From NCBI GenBank assembly GCA_030583845.1, contig CP129478.1, forward strand, positions 1,930-65,929: 64,000 nucleotides of DNA, in the 5' to 3' direction. The translations under genes and the position numbers were made by a program. Within the stretch, counting starts at the first letter, position 1, and every line of letters begins with the position of its first letter. Positions 58,126 to 64,000 of this stretch are shown here, one piece after another. The DNA is from Candidatus Dojkabacteria bacterium. Lineage in GTDB: Bacteria; Patescibacteriota; Dojkabacteria; SC72; JAHDCA01. Below the pieces are notes generated by a model. The model worked only from the letters and a program-made list of their open reading frames with translations, was not told the DNA's origin and did no database searches.

Positions 58126-58889
58126 CTATTTTGACGGATGAAGTTATCGATCTCAATGAAGATGTTCTCTGGCTGGCTTATTGGCAGGCTATGGCCAACC
58201 CCTTGATAGATTTTGATCTTTGATCCTGAAATTTTTTCATTTATCATTACAGCCTCTTCGACTGGTGTGTACCTATCTTGGTCGCCCCACAAGATCAGTG
58301 TGGGCTTATTAATTTTCTCCAGTCGGTCAGTGAGATCCTGGGTAATAATCTTGCGATAGCTCTCCTCAAGCTTAGGATTTTTCAATGTATCGGAAAGTGG
58401 ATAGAAAATCTTGTAGTACAGCTTTCTAAGTGGGCGAGCCTTCTCTTTATACTGTTCATAGTTCGGTACTACTTTCTTGATAGTTGAGCTGGCTTTGCTC
58501 TCTTTTGGTGAGCGCCTAATTGCCGCCGCACAGAGGATAAGATTTTTGATAAGATCGGGCGACTCTGCTGAAATATATGCACCAAGCCCACCGCCAAATG
58601 AGTGTCCGAAATAGATTACCTCATGCAACCCGAGCGCGACAATAAATTTCCTCAAGAAAAGCGCATATTCTTCAACCCCCCATGTAGTAGTAGGCGCATC
58701 GGAGTTGCCAAACCCAGGTAGGTCGAGCAGGTAAGCTTTGTAGCGATACTTTGAAGCAGTTGAAAAAAGCCCCCTAAGACTTTCTACGCTCCCTCCCCAA
58801 CCATGAACAAACAGAATTGGGACTTGGGAACCAACAGCTCCCTCTGACTCTAGGTAATTGATTTTCAGGCCATCTACATCTATCTTCAT
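58122..58889 (-). CDS. Alpha/beta-fold hydrolase
   Basis: HGWGGS oxyanion region, GHSFGG nucleophile elbow; 4-bp overlap with upstream degT-like gene. Confidence 0.75.
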   Translation of the reverse strand: MKIDVDGLKINYLESEGAVGSQVPILFVHGWGGSVESLRGLFSTASKYRYKAYLLDLPGFGNSDAPTTTWGVEEYALFLRKFIVALGLHEVIYFGHSFGGGLGAYISAESPDLIKNLILCAAAIRRSPKESKASSTIKKVVPNYEQYKEKARPLRKLYYKIFYPLSDTLKNPKLEESYRKIITQDLTDRLEKINKPTLILWGDQDRYTPVEEAVMINEKISGSKIKIYQGVGHSLPISQPENIFIEIDNFIRQNR

Positions 58890-59038
58890 ATTTCCTCTGA
58901 TTATGCTATTTTAAGCCGAAACAGTAAAGCTCCTAGGGTTTACAGCAACGTTGTTATTTCGCCAATTATTCGTATAAATGGGTGTAACTGCCCAATGTGA
59001 TAAAATTAGCCAATAGCTTAAGTAAATACGAATAGCAA

Positions 59039-60310
59039 ATGAGCAAGTTACTCCCACAAAACCTGAAGAACAAAAAGCACCTCCTGACCTCGAAGTTTTA
59101 CCATAACTTCTATGGCAAGCCTTCAAAGCAGCTTAAAATAATCGGCGTCACTGGCACCGATGGTAAGACGACTACGAGCACTATTTTATATGAAATGTTG
59201 AAGCTGGCTGGCTACAAAGTTGGCCTTATCTCAACGATCAGCGCCAAGATAGGCAGCAAGGAGTATTCGACAGGATTTCATGTTACCTCGCCTAGTCCGA
59301 AAGATTTGCAAAAATTTCTGAAGGAGATGGTGAAAGAGGGATTGGAGTATGTGGTGTTGGAGACCACCTCACACGGATTGGATCAGTATAGAGTAGGGGG
59401 AGTACAGTATTGTGCTGCTGTTTTTACAAATGTAAGCCACGAGCATCTGGACTACCACAAAACATACGACAACTACCTCCAGACCAAGGCCCGGCTTATG
59501 GAGCTACTAGATAAAGATGGTTTTGCGGTGATAAATAAAGATGACCAGTCGTATGAGAAATTTGTCTCCAAGGCCAAAGCTCTCGGAATTGACATGATCG
59601 ATTACGGCTTTAGCGATGGAAGCGATATGAAGGGCGATAACCTACAACAGAATGGCAGGATGTCATTTAGAGCGACACTTCACTCGACAGATCAGAATAT
59701 TGAGCTAAATTTCGACACCAATCTTCAAGGGAAATATAACGCGCAGAATATCATGGCTGCAGCTGTTGCAGCATATGAGCTGGGAGCCGAGGTAGAAGCA
59801 ATCGAAAAAGCCGTGCACAATGTAAAAAGCCTTAAAGGCCGATGGGAAGTGTTGCAAGAGCACCCTTTCAAAGCGGTAGTTGATTTCGCACATACTCCAA
59901 ATGCACTGGAGAATGTGCTTTCATTTGCTCGCGCTGACAACAGAGAAGGGAAGCTAATCGTGGTATTCGGAAGCGCTGGACTACGCGATGTAACCAAAAG
60001 GCCATTGATGGGTGAGGCTGCCGGGAAGCATGCAGACTACACCATCCTAACCGCCGAGGATCCACGTGGAGAAAGTGTTACCTCTATTTCAAATATGATC
60101 GCAGAGGGTATTAAAAAGCATTCCGGGAAGTATGAAATAATCGAGGACAGGAAAGAGGCAATAGCCGCTGCCATAAAGATGGCAAAGAAAGGAGATACGG
60201 TGGTAGTCACAGGCAAAGGGCACGAAGAGAGCCTCAATCTAGATGGCAAAAGCGAAATTCCGTGGAGTGACCAGAAGGTGATGGGGGAGCTATTAAATTC
60301 TAAAAAGTAA
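59039..60310 (+). CDS. murE: Mur ligase family protein (MurE-like) lacking the canonical N-terminal domain
   Basis: IGVTGTDGKTTTS P-loop only 38 aa from the start; in-frame TAG 6 nt upstream of the ATG; C-terminal Mur-ligase domain present. Confidence 0.75.
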   Translation: MSKLLPQNLKNKKHLLTSKFYHNFYGKPSKQLKIIGVTGTDGKTTTSTILYEMLKLAGYKVGLISTISAKIGSKEYSTGFHVTSPSPKDLQKFLKEMVKEGLEYVVLETTSHGLDQYRVGGVQYCAAVFTNVSHEHLDYHKTYDNYLQTKARLMELLDKDGFAVINKDDQSYEKFVSKAKALGIDMIDYGFSDGSDMKGDNLQQNGRMSFRATLHSTDQNIELNFDTNLQGKYNAQNIMAAAVAAYELGAEVEAIEKAVHNVKSLKGRWEVLQEHPFKAVVDFAHTPNALENVLSFARADNREGKLIVVFGSAGLRDVTKRPLMGEAAGKHADYTILTAEDPRGESVTSISNMIAEGIKKHSGKYEIIEDRKEAIAAAIKMAKKGDTVVVTGKGHEESLNLDGKSEIPWSDQKVMGELLNSKK

Positions 60311-60313
60311 CGT

Positions 60314-61003
60314 ATGAGACTTCATTTCAAAGAGACTAAAAACGCTGATTATCAAAACTACGAGTTCCCGTATAAAGTGTATGCGACTCGAGAAGATAGC
60401 GATAGCGTGGAATCTATGTACGAGCAAGGCTTCCTTCAGACAAGGATTGAGAAAGAGTACTATTACTTAGCGCGTGGTGTAAGAATCAAGCTTGAAGATT
60501 TCGAGTTAAATAGTGAGAATCGCCGCATCTTGAGGAAGACCGAATATATGGAGATGGCAATCGCCAGCCTAAGAGATTTTGAATACGACCACACGATTGG
60601 GAAGTTCGCTAAAGATTATTACGATAGTCGTTTTGGTCCAAAGACTTTATCGCCTCAGAAGATGAAGTGGATTTTCACATCGGGTGCTTTTACCGATGTG
60701 CTTATCTTCCGTGACAAGAGCAATGGAGAGATCATCGGATATTGCCCGGTACTGATGACCAACGAGATTATGCACTACGCTTACCCGTTCTTCCAGCTAA
60801 GCTACATGGAGAAGAATCTTGGCATCGGCATGATGACAGCCGCTATCCAATATGCCCAGGAGAAAGGGTTGAAATATGTATACCTCGGCACATGCTACAG
60901 TGAGCAGGCATTATATAAGACACAGTTTGATGGCGTTCAGTGGTTTGACGGGGAGACATGGAGTGATGATCTTGAACAGCTAAAGCAGCTTTGCAGAAAT
61001 TAA
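60314..61003 (+). CDS. ATE/Bpt-family (arginyl-/leucyl-tRNA--protein transferase C-domain-like) protein, divergent, without N-terminal Cys motif
   Basis: HYAYPFFQLSYMEKNLGIG and YVYLGTCYSEQALYKTQF...W align with the Bpt blocks FYTFFEPE..LSLGT and WLYLGYQIDECPAMNYKVRF...W. 229 aa, close to Bpt length. Confidence 0.5.
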   Translation: MRLHFKETKNADYQNYEFPYKVYATREDSDSVESMYEQGFLQTRIEKEYYYLARGVRIKLEDFELNSENRRILRKTEYMEMAIASLRDFEYDHTIGKFAKDYYDSRFGPKTLSPQKMKWIFTSGAFTDVLIFRDKSNGEIIGYCPVLMTNEIMHYAYPFFQLSYMEKNLGIGMMTAAIQYAQEKGLKYVYLGTCYSEQALYKTQFDGVQWFDGETWSDDLEQLKQLCRN

Positions 61004-61020
61004 GTTAACGAAATTAGATA

Positions 61021-62457
61021 ATGAAGTCACAGCATATACATTTCATCGGAATCGCAGGATCGGCAATTGCTCCAGTAGCAATCTTGATGAAAAGCCTTGG
61101 GCATAAAGTGACCGGATCAGATGAAGCGGTATATGAGCCAGCCAGAACTCTCTTGAGCGAAGCTGGAGTAGAGTGGAGCGAGGGGTATGATGCAGAGAGA
61201 ATTAAGCCAGCAGACCTAGTGATACTTGGTGGTGCACCACTTATGGTTGATATCAACAACCCTGAGTTTCTTGCGGCCAAGGAGCTCGGCAAACAGCTTG
61301 AAGGATATGCATACCTGCTCAAACAGTATGTTGTAAAAGATGAGTCGATTGTTGTGACTGGGACATATGGCAAGACCACAACCTCGGCACTTGTAAATTG
61401 GATATTAGATGTAGCTGGTGAGAACCCTTCATTTATGATTGGTGGTAAGCCGCAAAATTTCGAAAATGGCGTGAGGATGACAGATTCAAAATACTCTTGC
61501 CTGGAAGGTGATGAGTATCTTGCGGTCTTTCACTTCGACGAGGAGCCACGCTTCCTCAGATATGCACCGAAATATGCGATCTTATCGGCAGCCAAGTGGG
61601 ACCATATAAATGTATATCCAACCGAGGATTCATATGTGGATGCCTTCAAGAAACTGCCTGCTGAGGTGAACAAGAATGGTGGCAAAATGTATGTGTGTGC
61701 CTCAGGCGAGAACAACGCCAAGGCAGTTGCTGAGTATGATGGTGAGCTCATTCTTTATATGCTCGAAGGGAGAGACTCATCGCAGTTCGAGGGACGAGAT
61801 GTGAACTACCTCGCTAAAGAGATCAGGACTGAGGGTGGCAAGACCCTTTTTACTGTTGAACTTAATGGAGGGATTATAGGAGATTTTGAGACAGAGCTGA
61901 TAGGAGATTTCAATGTTGAGAACTGCCTCGCTGCTATCACAATTACCCATGACCTTGGTATCGATATTGCAAAGATCAAAGAGGCAATTTCTACTTTTAA
62001 GGGCATAATGCGAAGGCTTGAGCTGAAGGGCTATACAAGTCGTGGCTCTTCCGTTATTGACGATTTCGCACACTCTGCGGTGAAAGCAAAAGCCACTCTC
62101 GACACGCTTCGAGTAACTTATCCGGACCGCAAGCTTATCTGCATCTACTACCCAAGACCATCAGAGCGCGAGGATAAGAATGTGCTTAGCTGGTACGAGG
62201 GAGCATTTGACTCTGCGGACCTGATGATACTCCCAAGAATCTTCGTCAAGAAATCTACCGAGAAAGAGCAGAGGATCTATGGGAAAGATTATATTGAGGT
62301 AATAAGCAAGACACAGCCTAATGCGCATTATGTGCCAAGGAACGAAGATATCGTGAAGCTGATAAAAGAGAATGAAGAGGACGAAAGTATCATTGTATTC
62401 ATGAGTGCCGGTGGCTGGGGAGACTTAATGGAGAGTTTGATAGACAAGAAGGCGTAA
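61021..62457 (+). CDS. murC: MurC/Mpl-family UDP-N-acetylmuramate--amino acid/peptide ligase
   Basis: HFIGIAGSAIAPVAILMKSLGHKVTGSDEAVYEP...VTGTYGKTTTSALV; layout especially Mpl-like. Confidence 0.85.
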   Translation: MKSQHIHFIGIAGSAIAPVAILMKSLGHKVTGSDEAVYEPARTLLSEAGVEWSEGYDAERIKPADLVILGGAPLMVDINNPEFLAAKELGKQLEGYAYLLKQYVVKDESIVVTGTYGKTTTSALVNWILDVAGENPSFMIGGKPQNFENGVRMTDSKYSCLEGDEYLAVFHFDEEPRFLRYAPKYAILSAAKWDHINVYPTEDSYVDAFKKLPAEVNKNGGKMYVCASGENNAKAVAEYDGELILYMLEGRDSSQFEGRDVNYLAKEIRTEGGKTLFTVELNGGIIGDFETELIGDFNVENCLAAITITHDLGIDIAKIKEAISTFKGIMRRLELKGYTSRGSSVIDDFAHSAVKAKATLDTLRVTYPDRKLICIYYPRPSEREDKNVLSWYEGAFDSADLMILPRIFVKKSTEKEQRIYGKDYIEVISKTQPNAHYVPRNEDIVKLIKENEEDESIIVFMSAGGWGDLMESLIDKKA

Positions 62458-62459
62458 GC

Positions 62460-63545
62460 TTACACAATCTCAACCTCTGAGCGGAGCTCAATATCGTAAG
62501 CTTTCTTAACGCTCTCTTTCATCTGCATTGCAAAGTCATATATCTCTTTGCCTGTTGCCTCTTTGTTCGTGACTATCACTAATGAATGTTCCTTAAAAGT
62601 GCCAACATTACCAACCCATTTCCCCTTCCAACCCTGTTCCTCTAACAACCGGCCAGCAGGGATTTTCACTATCTCATCATCTCCTGTATCTTTCCAGTCG
62701 TGCCTGCCATAATCCATCTTGGTTGTCGGATACTGCTGAAGCTCGTTTATCTTCTCAGAGAGCTCATGAAACTTGCTTACAGGGACAAATGGATTCGTGA
62801 AAAAACTGCCGCAAGTCCCATATTCAGAAAGAAGGGGGAGCTTAAATTGTCTCAGCTTTGTAACTGCGGTAGCCACATCTTTTGGAGTGTATGGCCGCTC
62901 AGCTGTTTCCTCAAGCCATTTCTCGAGTGACTCGTTCGGCTTCCTTGAGTGATAGCTAGTATCGAAGTGCGCCTCTTTGCTCAATCTCATACGAACCTTA
63001 GTGACAATATACTTATCACGCAAGCTTCCCTTGAAAGCACTCGACCGGTATGCGAAGTCACACTGCTCAGCAGTGAATGTCTCTACACCTCCAGTTTTGC
63101 GGTTTACGACCTCCACGCTGACACAGATCTGGTCAAAGCTTTGACCATACGCAGCGATATTCTGTACAGGAGCTGCACCAACTGTTCCTGGGATGTAGGC
63201 CATATTCTCTACGCCGCTCCAGCCCTGCTCGACAGCCCACATCACAAATTCAGGCCAATCTTCACCCGCACCGATATCTACGATAACCTCATTACTATCT
63301 TGGCTTGCCACCTCTTTGCCCATTAGCTCAACCTTCAGCACCAAACCGTCAAAATCCTGCGTGAAAAGTGTGTTACTACCCCGGCCTAATATGAACCATT
63401 TCTGGCTCTTTAGCTCATCAATCGTTAAGAGTTCTTGAATATCCTCGACACTCTCTACCTTAGCGAAATATTTAGCGCTGACATCAACCGCGAATGTGTT
63501 GTACTCCTTTAGAGGGATGTTCTTCTCAAGCTTCATAGTCGGCAA
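62460..63545 (-). CDS. murB: UDP-N-acetylenolpyruvoylglucosamine reductase MurB (FAD-binding), complete
   Basis: N-terminal FAD-binding PCMH motifs (ILGRGSNTLF) and C-terminal MurB domain (GTCGSFFTNP). Confidence 0.85.
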   Translation of the reverse strand: MPTMKLEKNIPLKEYNTFAVDVSAKYFAKVESVEDIQELLTIDELKSQKWFILGRGSNTLFTQDFDGLVLKVELMGKEVASQDSNEVIVDIGAGEDWPEFVMWAVEQGWSGVENMAYIPGTVGAAPVQNIAAYGQSFDQICVSVEVVNRKTGGVETFTAEQCDFAYRSSAFKGSLRDKYIVTKVRMRLSKEAHFDTSYHSRKPNESLEKWLEETAERPYTPKDVATAVTKLRQFKLPLLSEYGTCGSFFTNPFVPVSKFHELSEKINELQQYPTTKMDYGRHDWKDTGDDEIVKIPAGRLLEEQGWKGKWVGNVGTFKEHSLVIVTNKEATGKEIYDFAMQMKESVKKAYDIELRSEVEIV

Positions 63546-63571
63546 AGTATATCACTTCAGATTGGCAACTA

Positions 63572-64000
63572 CTACTTGCCGTATATGGAAACTCCAGTAT
63601 CCAAGGTGATCCCAAATTTCTTCTCAACATTTTCTGCGATCTTCTTTGCGAAAGAGTAGACATCTTTTCCGCTTGCTTTACCGTAATTAACTACAATCGC
63701 AGGTGATTTAGCATAGATACCTACGTCTCCACTCCTCTCATTATCAAGCCCTGCCAACCTTATCAGCTGGCTTGCTGGCACCTGGATTTCGCCATTCTGC
63801 TCATTTAGTGCTTTCAACTCATACTTTTTCGCAAGCTTGTCATATAGCTCCTTTGGGATATATGGGCTCATAAAGAAGAAGCCAGAGGTTCCGATCTTGC
63901 CTAGCTCTGGGAACTCGTCATCGTAAATTCGCTTAATAATATTCGGGATATCTTGGAGTGTAGGATTCTTATAACCCATCTCTTCAGCTTTCTCTTTCAA
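63572..64000 (-). CDS. Second MurB-like gene, 3' portion only (N-terminus lies beyond the window edge)
   Basis: GTSGFFFMSPY...GLDNERSGDVGIYAKSPAIVVNYGKASGKDV..FGITLDTGVSIYG matches the MurB C-terminal domain. Confidence 0.7.
   Translation of the reverse strand: MKEKAEEMGYKNPTLQDIPNIIKRIYDDEFPELGKIGTSGFFFMSPYIPKELYDKLAKKYELKALNEQNGEIQVPASQLIRLAGLDNERSGDVGIYAKSPAIVVNYGKASGKDVYSFAKKIAENVEKKFGITLDTGVSIYGK

Overview
This is a low-GC (~42%) bacterial chromosomal segment with compact, mostly short genes. The gene content (ftsW, murG, clpC, mraY, femAB-like, murE/murC/murB, pyk, secG, def, mscL, many large secreted or anchored proteins) points to a small-genome Gram-positive-like lineage, possibly Patescibacteria/CPR (Saccharibacteria-like). 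That placement is inference, not a database result. The window has three parts. (1) 1-6800 is an accessory-looking block of hypothetical genes; it includes a SWIB-domain protein, an FG-GAP propeller protein, and a papain/C39-like plus HEPN-like gene pair. (2) 6800-41700 is rich in cell-surface and secreted proteins: PEP-rich stalks with C-terminal TM anchors, delta-60 repeats, a 1100-aa beta-helix/DUF11/CarboxypepD_reg protein, a GH clan A glycosidase, a clostripain C11 peptidase, and a dockerin-like module. Transporters and housekeeping genes are interspersed. (3) 42200-64000 runs from pyk through a ~420 bp tandem repeat into tRNA-Cys and tRNA-Leu, then a cell-wall (dcw-like) cluster with an unusual insert. 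The insert encodes a LysW-like zinc-ribbon carrier protein, a threonine-synthase-like PLP enzyme and an ATP-grasp/NlpC-P60 fusion. Near it are two aminoacyl-tRNA-type transferases (FemAB-like and an ATE/Bpt-like protein) and tandem murB paralogs. Other points worth a second look: an in-frame TAA at codon 5 of an ABC ATPase gene; an ORF-free 615-bp region of atypical composition (27941-28555). No CRISPR array, rRNA or obvious mobile element was seen.
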